A stretch of DNA of 64,000 bases from Octopus vulgaris (GCA_951406725.2 OX597814.1:134292001-134356000), one strand, 5' to 3'; positions 51,601 through 61,654 are shown, counted from the stretch's first letter. A program made the numbers and translations. Notes: generated by a model from the letters alone, not told the origin.

Positions 51601-53375
51601 CTCCACAGGTATCTAAACTTTCAATTCCATTATATAGACAACATGCCCAAACTTTTCTAGCAGATAGCTTGGTAAAGTGAGATACGCTAGATTAAAGCAT
51701 TCTTCCCAGACACAACAAAACACAAGTACAATATTTAAAGTCAAGATTATAAGTATAGTATTACGTTTGTTAAAAATGAAAGCTATCATTTCGACGACCC
51801 CCAAATACGAGTGGCCGAACAATAAGTAAATAGCAATCAAATCGCACTCGAATCACATCGTAACATCTTTTATGGAAAACATATTAAATGCTGTAGTCAT
51901 AGTTATCCTTGAAATGACCCGATGGTCACGGCTTGGACTACTTTTGACCATTCATTCATCGGTCTCTGTGAGCAGGGTTGACATGGTGCTAAACAACTAT
52001 GTTATAGTTAGACTGTCATCTTGTGGAGATGGTATTTATCTCCCTTACTTTTCTTTTGCCGAGTCATTGTAAAATAGTAAATTATTGCTTCCTTGCTGTG
52101 AGGCATTTATTTCAAGTGCACCTACTAGAGTTAATTTAATAAATATTATATGACGAAAAAATATTTTCCCCTTCAAAAGAAAAAAGATGTTATTTTAACA
52201 GAATTTAAATAAATTCAAATCAAAATTGTTTTTTATTATAACTACTGTGTGAGTTATTTTTAAAGAATATTTATAGATTTACGATAAATTGCTCGATATG
52301 TTTTTACGTTAAAAATTCATTTCCTACCTATGACCATTAGCTAACAAGCATTGAAATAGCTCGTTTAGATGCGGAGTAAACTATAAGATAAAATAACTAG
52401 CTTATATTACGGACATTAGTTACCAAGGAATTCTGAAATTCCGTTTCAAAGAAACTCTTTAACTCTTTCATGTTATCTAAAATCACCTTAATTCATCAAC
52501 AGTCATTCTGAGTGGTGAGCAAAGAAGACAAATTATTCCAGGTAAACTGATTCTGTCGTCCAGTTTATTATCTCATTTGTAGCCTTTTCATTTCATTTAA
52601 AATGTCCTTGAGAGAGGCATGCACAGCACACATTTACTAAACATAAGCGCGTGTAGCTATTTTACAGCGTCTTTTCATGTCTTTTATTAATTTTTCATTT
52701 TCTGAAAAGCAGGGCTTAATGTCAGATATTTGACAGTAGCAATGAGCGTAAATAGATTAGTAATTTATTTTATAGTATAATTCGGATACAAGTAGTATTA
52801 TTCAATCTAGGACATTTCGTTTGAAAATACGCCGGAGTAATTTCCGTAAGAAATATTCCGAGAGAAATCTTTAAAGTTTTTTTGGGGGGTTTTGGGGTTT
52901 TTTTTTTATCAGATGAGATTACAAATCTAAGGAATTAAAAATATAGACATAAGATTTCGTTTAAAATTATCCATTTCTTAACTATCGAATATTGCACAGC
53001 ACACAGGTAATAAATACAGATGTCTTAAAAAGGTAGTTGAAAAAATATTTTTAGCCAGCTAGAAAGTATATTTGGAAGCATTTTCTACATACATAACAAA
53101 CTCGTCTGTGTGTGTGGACATATATATGTTTACAAACAAACACACTTATGAATGTTGTCAATTTTCACGTTGGTTCTTGGCCGTGTGTGTATTTGACAGT
53201 TGCATGGACGAGCAGTTAGATCGTTAACGCAGATAGATACCTGTAGCGGCGATATATGAGTTTAGCTATCGGTGTGAGACTTACCTAATAAAGGCATTGA
53301 AAGAGCTGTGGCCATTCCTTTGGATAAATCATAAATGTAGACTTCAACTTTGTGTTCATCTTCGCTTTGGGCCAT
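24517..53375 (-). CDS. DESI1: Desumoylating isopeptidase 1-like (PPPDE peptidase) with C-terminal PUL-like domain; 11 coding exons: join(53285-53375,42683-42774,41444-41553,39952-40074,36654-36858,34036-34165,29588-29778,28113-28337,26929-27007,26393-26442,24517-24633), 470 aa
   Basis: Manual splicing gives [61 protein letters not shown]...[47 protein letters not shown], which matches the DeSI1 motifs (VYDLSKG, GIWHT, NCNTFS, IPSYI.DLP.EV). All introns are GT-AG, phases are compatible, and the 1413 nt total ends in TGA. Exons 6-11 rest on splice signals, open frame and phase continuity. Confidence 0.9.
26393..26442 (-). CDS. DESI1: DESI1 exon 10 ([17 protein letters not shown])
   Basis: TTTTCAG acceptor, GTAAGT donor, phase 1 to 0. 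Confidence 0.75.
26929..27007 (-). CDS. DESI1: DESI1 exon 9 ([26 protein letters not shown])
   Basis: TTTCAG acceptor, GTAAGA donor, phase 0 to 1. Confidence 0.8.
27125..27995 (+). mobile_element. CR1-group LINE RT fragment in DESI1 intron 8 (antisense to the gene)
   Basis: [53 protein letters not shown]. Confidence 0.9.
28113..28337 (-). CDS. DESI1: DESI1 exon 8 ([14 protein letters not shown]...[15 protein letters not shown])
   Basis: 75 open codons; 'AAAAVYN' resembles the armadillo/PUL helix pattern; AG/GTAAAG. Confidence 0.85.
29588..29778 (-). CDS. DESI1: DESI1 exon 7 ([25 protein letters not shown]...IMVAILKL)
   Basis: Pyrimidine-rich TAG acceptor, GTAAGT donor, phase 1 to 0; helical composition. 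Confidence 0.85.
29995..33619 (+). mobile_element. Decayed Gypsy LTR retrotransposon with both LTRs and no RT domain, in DESI1 intron 6
   Basis: LTRs at about 29995-30152 and 33480-33619; PBS-like TGGCAGTGGT at 30154; PPT AAAGAAAAGAGGGA; gag knuckles [13 protein letters not shown] / [14 protein letters not shown]; protease LKIDMGA; RNase [15 protein letters not shown]...VAFASKAL; integrase LHASHQG and GTDLFE...CDYY. Confidence 0.9.
34036..34165 (-). CDS. DESI1: DESI1 exon 6 ([43 protein letters not shown])
   Basis: TTTTTCCAG acceptor, GTAATT donor, phase 0 to 1. Confidence 0.8.
34500..34930 (-). mobile_element. RTE 3' end fragment with (GAT)n tail and subterminal tandem units
   Basis: Reverse complement of 36150-36350; (TCA)n at 34501-34515. 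Confidence 0.8.
35815..36351 (+). mobile_element. 5'-truncated RTE LINE (ORF C-terminus, 3'UTR and (GAT)n tail)
   Basis: [22 protein letters not shown], then repeated TGCTGGTGGCACGTAA units and GATGATGATGAT. Confidence 0.85.
36654..36858 (-). CDS. DESI1: DESI1 exon 5 (PLGSMMKTM... Ser-rich linker ...[10 protein letters not shown])
   Basis: Continues the 'TP.G' motif; overlaps track ORF 36642-36845; AG/GTAAGT. Confidence 0.9.
38297..38605 (+). mobile_element. tRNA SINE of the GGAGGCGCAATGGCCCAGTGG head family, tail type 2
   Basis: 11-bp TSD TGTATGAGTAT (38286-38296, 38606-38616); head shared with 16226-16610. Confidence 0.9.
38865..39077 (-). mobile_element. Meta-domain SINE, CpG-decayed
   Basis: Matches the family with most CpG converted to TpG/CpA; an older copy lies at about 40290-40500. 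Confidence 0.8.
39952..40074 (-). CDS. DESI1: DESI1 exon 4 ([41 protein letters not shown]; catalytic Cys)
   Basis: YNLF.HNCNTFS motif; AG/GTAAGT. Confidence 0.97.
40970..41410 (+). mobile_element. CR1-group LINE 3' end (ORF2 C-terminus and tail)
   Basis: RYAIIYIWK...[15 protein letters not shown]...[16 protein letters not shown]...AASNSL; tail GCCCAGCATGGCCACAGCTTGTGAGCTGAAAC plus A/T-rich repeats. Confidence 0.8.
41444..41553 (-). CDS. DESI1: DESI1 exon 3 ([37 protein letters not shown])
   Basis: Aligns to the DeSI1 'GTLLGPPD..V.VG.T' segment; AG/GTAAGT. Confidence 0.95.
41720..42125. repeat. AT-rich foldback/palindromic element in DESI1 intron 2
   Basis: AAAATGAGAATAAAAAATACAGCATTTTGCTTTA (41775) is inverted at about 42036-42069, and the arms continue inward to a centre near 41920. 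Confidence 0.75.
42683..42774 (-). CDS. DESI1: DESI1 exon 2 ([30 protein letters not shown]; catalytic His)
   Basis: GIWHT motif; acceptor TTCAAG after a pyrimidine tract; donor GTAAGT. Confidence 0.97.
43190..43570. repeat. Old dispersed repeat of unassigned class (GAGAGATTTGGCTGCTATTTCTAG-like motif)
   Basis: Related sequence at about 15550-15740, 35520-35660, 37190-37500, 39110-39510, 42360-42540, 57580-57680 and 62780-62920. Confidence 0.55.
44100..47160 (+). mobile_element. Decayed, rearranged RTE LINE (RT region to 3'UTR)
   Basis: [38 protein letters not shown]-like, [19 protein letters not shown]; 3'UTR tandem units. Confidence 0.85.
47709..49420 (-). mobile_element. hAT (Buster/Charlie-like) DNA transposon remnant
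   Basis: Transposase pieces [18 protein letters not shown] and [10 protein letters not shown] on the minus strand; ends TAGCGTTTCCCAAA / GTGGGCGATATCGCCCACTTTCAGAAGCTA; 8-bp TSD TATACTAA / TGTACTAA (7 of 8). Confidence 0.8.
49720..51160 (-). mobile_element. Decayed RTE LINE, opposite in orientation to 44100-47160
   Basis: [31 protein letters not shown]; [25 protein letters not shown]. Confidence 0.85.
53285..53375 (-). CDS. DESI1: DESI1 exon 1 (ATG; [31 protein letters not shown])
   Basis: YIYDLSKG motif; donor G|GTAAGT. Confidence 0.95.
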
Positions 53376-53600
53376 CGTCTATAGCTCTGCGTGTGCTCGA
53401 GTGTGTCGCAAACAGATTAACGTAAGAGAACGATGTAAACGGTGCGTCGTAGTCGTCGTATTGATGTCGAGGCTTTTTCCAGCTGAAGGAAGAAGGAAGA
53501 TCTTTTCAATATGGTGTGGGCGAGACCGCTGGAGCAGTCATCGTATTACAATATATAGATTCTTGTTGTGCCTAACTAGCTTATCGAACACAGAACGGGC
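53376..53600 (-). promoter_or_regulatory. Probable 5'UTR/promoter of DESI1 (CpG-retaining, non-repetitive)
   Basis: Directly upstream of the ATG and locally CpG-rich compared with the gene body. The TSS cannot be placed from sequence alone. Confidence 0.45.
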
Positions 53601-54019
53601 CTTATAGATTAACTTTTACTTGTTTATATATTATTTTTCGTTAATACCTGCAGGAACTCTTTAGGATTTTTTTTTTTTTAAATTTATGAACGAAATATTT
53701 ATCTGCACACGTAATTGTGTTATGAGATACGTACATGATATGACTTAGCAATTTTGAAAATTATTATTGTCAGTGACGAAATGTGTATGTATGTGTATGT
53801 AATTAAGTATACTAGTAGACTTTGTATAAAACCATTCTACTGACCAAGAAAGAAAGCTATGAACAAACGCTTGTACATAACAAAAGTATGACAGTAAGAT
53901 ACCAGCTTACTTGAAATAACTAATTATTGATATATGTCACTCAAATCGATATTGTTGAAAACGGATTAGTTTATTTTGTTAGAATCAATAAAGTACTTCG
54001 ATGTTTTTGTTTTATTCTT

Positions 54020-57000
54020 TCGTTTTGGTCTTTTTCTTTAAATTGTATGAGTCTCAATGAAGTGATAGTGTTCATAACTTTCGCAAGCCATTCGAGACCG
54101 GGGAGATTGATGCCGTTAATACACTTGCGGGAAAGACAAGACCTGAGAAAATAATCTAGAGGATCGATGCTCTGGGGAGGAAGGACCGGATACAGTGATT
54201 GGTGAGTAGGGCGGAGAGGTCGGATGCAATACAAGTGACGAGAGCTGGCGAAACGACAGGGCCGAGAGTACCTAAATGGTGAAAGTACAAAGTCTCCTAA
54301 CTCCGAGAAACAACAACTGTTATATTAGCAATAGGGAAAACGAAAGAGACAGCGTGCCGGTTAGTGAGTATATGCCAATAGTTGAGTGGCCATTCAGGAT
54401 GTCTGCGAGTGTAGTGACAGCACCGTCCCAGATGTAGGAACCGTATTCCTTGAAGTCCTCACTTGAGCCTTATAGTGTTAGCTGTTGTTTGGGAGCGAAA
54501 TATTTTCTGACCCAGAAGAGAAGGACCAGTTTTCGGGGTGAGGTCCTAACAATGCTAAGGATGTGATTTCGTCGGGAGTGATCCTTAATGTTAGTGATGC
54601 ACAGCATTTGGAATAACCGTGGGGATCTAGCTGAGTGCCATTCACGTTTAGTGGTGGAACATTTTTCCATTCATCACACATTATCTTCACTTCAGACTGA
54701 CCGCGTTTGCTTGAAAGCTTTCTTGGGGATGATTAGATTTTCAAGATGTACAGCAAGAGCCAATCCTTCTAATTTGTCAGGCATTTTACACCAAACAATA
54801 AAATGTATGGCCCATAATCACCTTGTCGTCACCAAAACAAGAATGCACTGCAGTGTCTTAATATTCTTAATTTTTTTTTTTTTTTCTGCAATTCTCAGAA
54901 AGGGAGATGGAGTGTTGCGAAAAGTCGACGACAGTTACTGAAATACAGGAAGCGATGGCTGGTTGCACAAGGAGCAAAACCATTTGATTTGGATGATCTA
55001 CACTACGAGCTCTACGGTAGTGACCTCTTAGTAGACATCTACTGCAATTGAGGGCCGAACGGGAAAATCCCCAATTCTCTAAGCAGAGGAGCGTTTGTGT
55101 TACTGAAAAAGGACTCCGACAAGGGAGACCACATTTCAGCCCATAACTCTGCTATGCGCAAATGTCAAGGTTTTGTTCAAAGTGTTAGCGAAGAAGTTGG
55201 CATTTGTCGATAGCAAATATGTACAATCTCGAACAGACCACTAACTCGTATTATACATCATAGGAGTGGAGTGAGGGCAAGGAGCCTTGCACGAGTGCGG
55301 TTCTGATAAACACAGACACACAATTATGTCGCACTCACGGACATACACTCTGCTACCCACATGTCAACACCTGAATAAAACCTTTCTCTTAAACATTACG
55401 ACTGTGTCGTCTCTCTCTTATTCCTTTTGGCGCTCTTATTCATTTATCCATATTTTGGCTTTTATTGTGTGTTTAAAGGAATCATTCATTCGTCACCATT
55501 TCCTTTCGTACGGTCGTTCTACAGGGTCAACAATCAACGCTTGGCGGCTAACTACTATTGATTTTAATTCCCCTCTTCTGGGGTTAGATTACTGCAGTGA
55601 ACAGCAACATCTGCTCGATGATTTGGGTGAATGGTCAACTATCAGAACAATTCCGTATCATGCACTCGTCCCGTCAAAGTTAACCCCTCTCGTATCTTCT
55701 GCATGTAGTAACTCTTGAGCCGCTATTGCAGAAACGAGACGTCATGATAGCTAGTCTCACACAAAAATGGGCCGAGAAAATGCAATCTCTGAAAGACAGA
55801 GTAGAGATAGCGAATGTCTACTTCATTTCTGTCATCTGTTAACCGTCTAATCTTCGTGCCTCGCCTCAGTTCACGTCTGACCATACTGGAACGTCTGCTA
55901 TTCTGTTTTGCTTTTTGTAGAAGGGACATGTTCTACTGTTTCACTGGCCACTGAAGGCGCTCCATTTGCAATCAATATTCGTCGTGCGGAAGACTGGGTA
56001 TACCGTGGCTGATCTGTTTGTCATATTCGTTTTTCCACCGCTCGTATTTTGGATTGAACTGCAGTCTTGGAGTCAAGCGAAGACCGACATTCAGAATGTT
56101 ATCAAGCGCTCATAGCCAGTTGGGTTCCCCCAGTCAAGCTCTATCAGTCGAGCTCTATCAGTTGGACAATGTGTTCGGTGAAAGTTCTACGTTAGCGCTC
56201 TATAGATTATTAGGGGCGATCAAAAGCAACAATGTTCTCAGAAATACTCTGGACGTCAATAGAAATTACCTGGCTGGCTGGCTGGCTGGCTGGTTTGTTC
56301 CGGAGAATTTTCGGACAGGGGCTCATGAATGATTTCCAGAAAGCCTTGGCCTGACGGCACTACTGGTTGAGTACCGGTTCGAGATGACTCTAAAGGTACG
56401 AAAATACCGTCAGTCACACTTGTTCGAGATGCGCCGACCGGCGATCCCGTTCTGCATGCACTCGTCCAGTGTCCGACTTGTGGTAATATTTTTAAAGTGT
56501 GGGAGGGATCTAGCTATTGGCTGAATCCATTGTGAAGATTGTACAGTATCCTTCATTTAAACAAAAAGGACATGTAGTCCTTATCTGTTTGGTGGGTTTG
56601 GCGAAAGAAGTATGGCGGACGAGATTGAAAGAATTGAAGACAGGCACCTTACTCTTTAGCCAAGCCGTCATCGACTTTTTCTCAAGTTTCACTTTAAACG
56701 GAAAGTGAAAGTGAAAAGAGAATTGTTGACTTGCAGCAAATTTCGTGAAAGGTGAATGGAAGCGGTGAGCATGATCCGAGTGAACAACCTGCATTGAGCA
56801 TGTGCCTGTATATTAGAGGAGGACAACTAGAAGAGGACATTTGCATTCGTGGTCAGGGTGACCGTAGTTTTAAGGAATTTCCGCTAATAGCCCTTGAAGA
56901 TATCCCCCTTTTGGAGATTATTCATTGTTTGGAATTTATTGTTTCTTTGCTACTGTCATTTATTTTTCCACGCATGTTATATCCCATGTTGTATCGTCCA

Positions 57001-57080
57001 ATACCATCCCAAATGTTTTGTGAACTATTCAGGCCTTGTGTTTATAGGCCTATAGTAGAAAGAACTATTATTATTATTAT
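54020..57080 (+). mobile_element. Decayed Tx1/L1-type ORF2 remnant with 3' tail
   Basis: LLKKDSDKGD, RPITLLCANVKVLFKVLAKKL; C-terminal Cys/His region (LHALVQCP); LICLVGLAKEVWRTR; ends in (ATT)n. Confidence 0.7.
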
Positions 57081-57230
57081 TTCACTTGTGCATGCTGCTT
57101 TAGTTAGCAGATATTTTACCTTGAGGTTTAGCAACAAGTCTCCTCAAATCTCAAAAATCTTTCTTAAAATTCTTGCAGAATACAGGATGGTACTTTTCTG
57201 CAGGTTAACCATGCGAGTTTCAATTCCATG

Positions 57231-57267
<37 letters not shown>

Positions 57268-57415
57268 TGGTGGTGGTGGTGGTGGTGGCGGCGGCGGCGG
57301 CCGTGGCGGCCGTGGCGGCCGTGGCGGCAGCATCTGCAGCAGCAGCAGGCAGCAGCAGTAGTAGTAGTAGTAGTAGTAGCAGCAGCAGCAGCAACACCAC
57401 CACCACCACAACCAC
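57231..57415. repeat. Compound trinucleotide array (GTA)n(GTG)n(GCG)n(GCCGTGGCG)3(GCA)n(GTA)n(GCA)n(ACC)n
   Basis: Seen directly. Confidence 0.95.
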
Positions 57416-57729
57416 CTTATTTACCATTACGTTGTAAATATTTTAATTTTTAAAATTTCGTTTTTTATGAGGGTGACCTTCTCACTCCGGTTTTCTAGTG
57501 TAGAGTTACCTCCCCTGTTACAAACACTACTTTAATTATGAAGAGAATACGGAAGAAAAACATCAAAATAGCAACGACTTACTAAAAATAGCATCCAAAT
57601 TTCCCTCATATCATACTACCATAACAAAGGAAAAGATACAACGCAGTGCTTGATACACTACACCCGGAAAAATGTCACCGCTGAGAGCCACTGCCTGGTA
57701 CTGTATCAGTATTATCATCATCATCATCA

Positions 57730-57784
<55 letters not shown>

Positions 57785-57825
57785 GGCGTCTAGCTGGTGG
57801 AATCGTTAGCACGCCGGGCGAAATC

Positions 57826-58608
57826 GGATCTTTTCCTTTTGAACGACAGTTTTCAACACAATTTCTAGTTAACTAAATAAACACTTTTAAACTTCGTATA
57901 CTGGTCGAATGTGTCAAAATAAAACATTTTTTTTCTCTTGGCTTTCTTGAGAAAATTGTAATTTGTAAGTTTAACGTAGTTTAATTTTTCGAATTTTAAC
58001 CAATTATTGCCCTCTATTGAGCTAAAATCATTTGCTGCGTCTAAAACAGACAACATCCTGTCACTAACCCTCACCCTAACCCTAACCCTAAATTTTAGCC
58101 TTTCGTTTTTTTTTTTTCTTAATTGTTAAATTAATTTAAGGATAATAAAGAAAAAAAAAACGAAAGGCTAAAACGAAAGCAATGGAAAATAATTTTAATT
58201 TAACAATTAAGAAAAAAAACGAAAGGCTAAAACGAAAGCAAAAACTCAAAACAAAAACAAAACGAATAATTTGACACACGCGTAACAATTAAATTAATTT
58301 AACAATTAAGAAAAAAAACGAAAGGCTAGAATTTAGGGTTAGGGTTAGGGTGAGGGTTAGGGTTAAGGTTAGTGACAGGATGTTGTCTCAGTTTTAGACG
58401 CAGCAAATGATTTTAGCTCAATAGAGGGCATAGGATTGGTTAAAATTCGAAAAATTAAACTACGTTAAACTTACAAATTACAATTTTCTCAAGAAAGCCA
58501 AGAGAAAAAAATGTTTTATTTTGACACATTCTACCAGTATACGAAGTTTAAAAGTGTTTAGTTAACTAGAAATTGTGTTGAAAACTGCCGTTCAAAAGGA
58601 AAAGATCC
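57826..58608. mobile_element. Foldback Merlin-like MITE with CCCTAA/TTAGGG repeats, nested in a Meta-domain SINE
   Basis: Same TIR family (GGATCTTTTCCTTTTGAACG); TSD GCGAAATC / TCGAAATC (7 of 8); removing it rejoins the SINE at 57783-57825 and 58617-58787. Confidence 0.88.
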
Positions 58609-58788
58609 TCGAAATCTTTAGCGGTATTTCGTCTGCCTCTACGTTCCGAGTTCAAATTCCACCGAGGTCGACTTTGCTTTTCATCCTTTCGGGGCCGATA
58701 AATTAAGTACCAGTGAAATACTGGGGTCGATGTAATCGACTAGTCCCCTTCCCCAAAATTTCAGGCCTTGTGCCTAGAGTAGAAAGGC

Positions 58789-59015
58789 TAAGGCGGCGAG
58801 CTTGCAGAATCGTTAACACGCCGGGCAAAATGCTTGGCGATATTTCGTCCGTTTTTATGTTCTGAGTTCAAATTCTGCCGAGGTCGGCTTTGCCTTTCAT
58901 CCTTTCGGGGTTGATAAATTAAATACCAGTTGCATACTGGGGTCGATGTAATCGACTTATACCCTCCCCACAAATTTCAGGCCTTGTGCCTATTATAGAA
59001 AAGGTTATTATTATT
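58789..59015 (+). mobile_element. Meta-domain SINE, (ATT)n-tailed subtype, in tandem with the preceding copy
   Basis: AAGGCGGCGAGC head; tail TTTCAGGCCTTGTGCCTA..TAGAAAAGG(TTA)n. Confidence 0.85.
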
Positions 59016-59300
59016 ATCTCCGCCTTAGCGAAGGCGGAGGTATTGTTTCAGTCGCGTTTGCTTGTTTATCTGTGGACAAGATATTTCAAAAACCGCTGGA
59101 TAGATTCAGATGAAACTTTCAGGGATGTTTGGCCTCATGACTGGCAAGAACTGATTAGATTTTAGGATAGATCCAATAGTGATCAAGGATTCTGGATTAT
59201 TCTTCCGGATTTTAATTTTTGAGAGCGATCGGGTTCATTTTCAGATTCTCGTTTGTGAGAGCAGTCGAGTTTATTTCAGATATTTTCTGTAGACTATCTT
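59016..59300 (+). mobile_element. Helentron-associated non-autonomous element (HINE), 5' part
   Basis: 5' hairpin CTCCGCCTT-AGCG-AAGGCGGAG, GTTT/CTGT microsatellite-like stretch, then ATTTCAAAAACCGCTGGATAGATTCAGATGAAACTT. Confidence 0.65.
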
Positions 59301-59859
59301 TTGTACCAAGGCAAAACAATGTACATGGAAGGGGAAGGGGACTAGTCGATTACATCGACCCCAGTATTTCACTGGTACTTAATTTATCGGCCCCGAAAGG
59401 ATGAAAAGCAAAGTCGACCTCGGTGGAATTTGAACTCGGAACGTAGAGGCAGACGAAATACCGCTAAAGATTTCGAGGATCTTTTCCTTTTGAACGGCAG
59501 TTTTCAACACAATCAGTTAAGATCAGAACCCATGAGAGCCAGTGTATGGTACTGCATCAGGGCATTATTATGTGCACGTGCGCGCAAGTAAGAACATACA
59601 AACTGACAATCAGTTTTCATTTTCTGCGTGTGTGTAGGTGTGGGTGGGTGTGAAGGTGTGTGTGAGAGAGAGAGAGAGAGAGAGTGTGTGTGTGTGCGAG
59701 TGTGTGTGTGCGAGTGTGTGTGTGTGTGCGCGTGTGTGTGTGCGCGTGTGTGTGCGCGCGTGTGTGAGGGTGTGTGTATGTGTGTGTGTGAGAGAGAGAG
59801 AGAGTGTGTGTGTGTGTGTAACATGATGTAAATATAGATATGAGGACTGTTGCCATAGT

Positions 59860-60640
59860 AACGAAACTAAAGCACGTAGAGTGAAGCTGCTTGGCACAGA
59901 TTGATCTTGAACTCTGCTGTGCATGCGCACTAAGTTTTAATGTTCTAGCTCACTTCCGCTGTTTACAGCAGTACTTGGAAGGAAGGTGTGCAGTGTGTAA
60001 TTATTGCATTGACCATGACATAGAAAGCTGTCATGGCGATACCTGCTCAGGGGCCTATGCAAAGTTGCAGAAAGTGTATAGAGAGGAATAAATGAGCCTC
60101 GCACAAGTGTACGAGTGGTTCAGACGTTTCCAAGATGGCCGAAAAAATGTCGATATTGTCGAACGTTCTGGGAGACTCACAAGCAGCTGAATTGAGGAAA
60201 ACATCGCAGATGTGCGTGCAGCTGTGAGGGGAAATCATCGAATCACCATCCGTGAATTATCAGAGGATGTGCAGATTAGTTACGGTGCAGTTCAATCTAT
60301 TGTCACTAAAGATTTGGGTATGAGACGCGTGTCTGCCTAGTTTGTGCGCCAAAACTGCTTTCATCTGACTAAAAAGACAGTCGGCTTTTAATTGCACAAA
60401 ATCTCCTTGATTTTGTCGAGAACGATGGTAACTTTTTGAAAACTTTGCGTAGGCCTCGCCAAGCTTTTGGCAAAATCTGATGCAGATTCTCTGCTCCACT
60501 TTCTCTGTCATGGTCAATTCGACGATCACATGCTACACACCTTCCTTCTAAGCACTGCTATAAACAGCGGAAGAGTGTTAGATCTGTAAAACTTAGTGCG
60601 TATGCACTTACTTCAATCTGTGCGAAGCAGCTTTACTTTA
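59860..60640. mobile_element. Mariner derivative made of two inverted 5' ends
   Basis: Plus strand: AYAKLQKVY...AQVYEWFRRFQDGRKNVD..RSGR...HRITIRELSEDVQISYG. Minus strand: MTEKVEQRICIRFCQKLG. The 5'UTRs are mutual reverse complements. Confidence 0.75.
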
Positions 60641-60984
60641 TATATATGTATATAACTTAAATAACTTACATATGTTTCGACCAAAGATTGACCCAGGCCA
60701 TGTCTACACACACACACACACACACACACACATTCAGAAGCCTATTTGACTACAACTACTAACAAACCTCCTCTTGTAATCACTGACCAAAAAGAAAACC
60801 TCTCGGCTTCTTAAAACTGACCATTTCTTCCCTGCTCTAACACTCGACTGACTCTCTTATCCCTCTTATTTTATTTTCATCATTCTCTCTCAAATGCCCT
60901 CTGTCTCTGTCTATCCTCGTATCTCTCTCTCGCTCTCCTCTTCCCTCTTCCCTCTCTCTCTCTCTCTTGTTCTCCTCTTTCCTC

Positions 60985-61027
<43 letters not shown>

Positions 61028-61130
61028 CTATATCTCTCTCTCTTTCTACAAACATTTTTGTCTCTCCAATTACTTCCCTTCTACACTTGCACAACTATTA
61101 TGTTGTTCTCTATTGTATCCAAAAGCTCTC

Positions 61131-61166
61131 TTTCCTAGAAGAAGGATTTTATCCGAAACGTCGGAA
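61131..61166 (+). ncRNA. Minimal type I hammerhead ribozyme-like motif (1-nt insertion in the core)
   Basis: TTTC-CT(A)GAAGA-A-GGAT(TTT)ATCC-GAAA-C-GTC-GGAA. Confidence 0.5.
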
Positions 61167-61449
61167 ACTCTTCTCCAAACTTTACCAATAATTAGTAATG
61201 AATTAATGTTTATGGAGACCTACGAGCTATACGAACATTCATTTATGTTTCTGCCATTTGACTGTGGCTCTGAAGAGCCTAGTCGATCAAATCGACTCAC
61301 CAAGTACATTCTTAAGTCTGGTGCTTGTTCTGTGGGTCATTTTTTACCCTAAATTGTTAAGATATTGGAACACGAGCAAAAACACTGCATGTCAAACGGA
61401 AGAACACACATAGATATACACATACACAAATATACACACATATTTATGC

Positions 61450-61508
<59 letters not shown>

Positions 61509-61616
61509 CATAAATGTATGTGTGTATATTTGTGTATGTGTATATCATGTGACCGCGTGTGTATCGTTGCCGATTTTTTCCCTCCGTCTTCCCTTCCTTG
61601 GATCTTTCCTTTTCCT

Positions 61617-61654
61617 ATGTTTCTGACGAAGAGCTCCGCTCGAAACGTTAAGTC
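61617..61654 (+). ncRNA. Minimal type I hammerhead ribozyme motif within a TA-flanked, Penelope-like repeat (about 61540-61758)
   Basis: GTTT-CTGACGA-A-GAGC(TCC)GCTC-GAAA-CGTT-AAG; intact CUGANGA and GAAA cores. Confidence 0.65.

Noticed and set aside
57164-57437. Poly-Ala/Thr/Ser/Val ORFs resembling a transcription-factor low-complexity exon
   Set aside because: They are fully explained by the triplet array, with no flanking domain or convincing splice sites.
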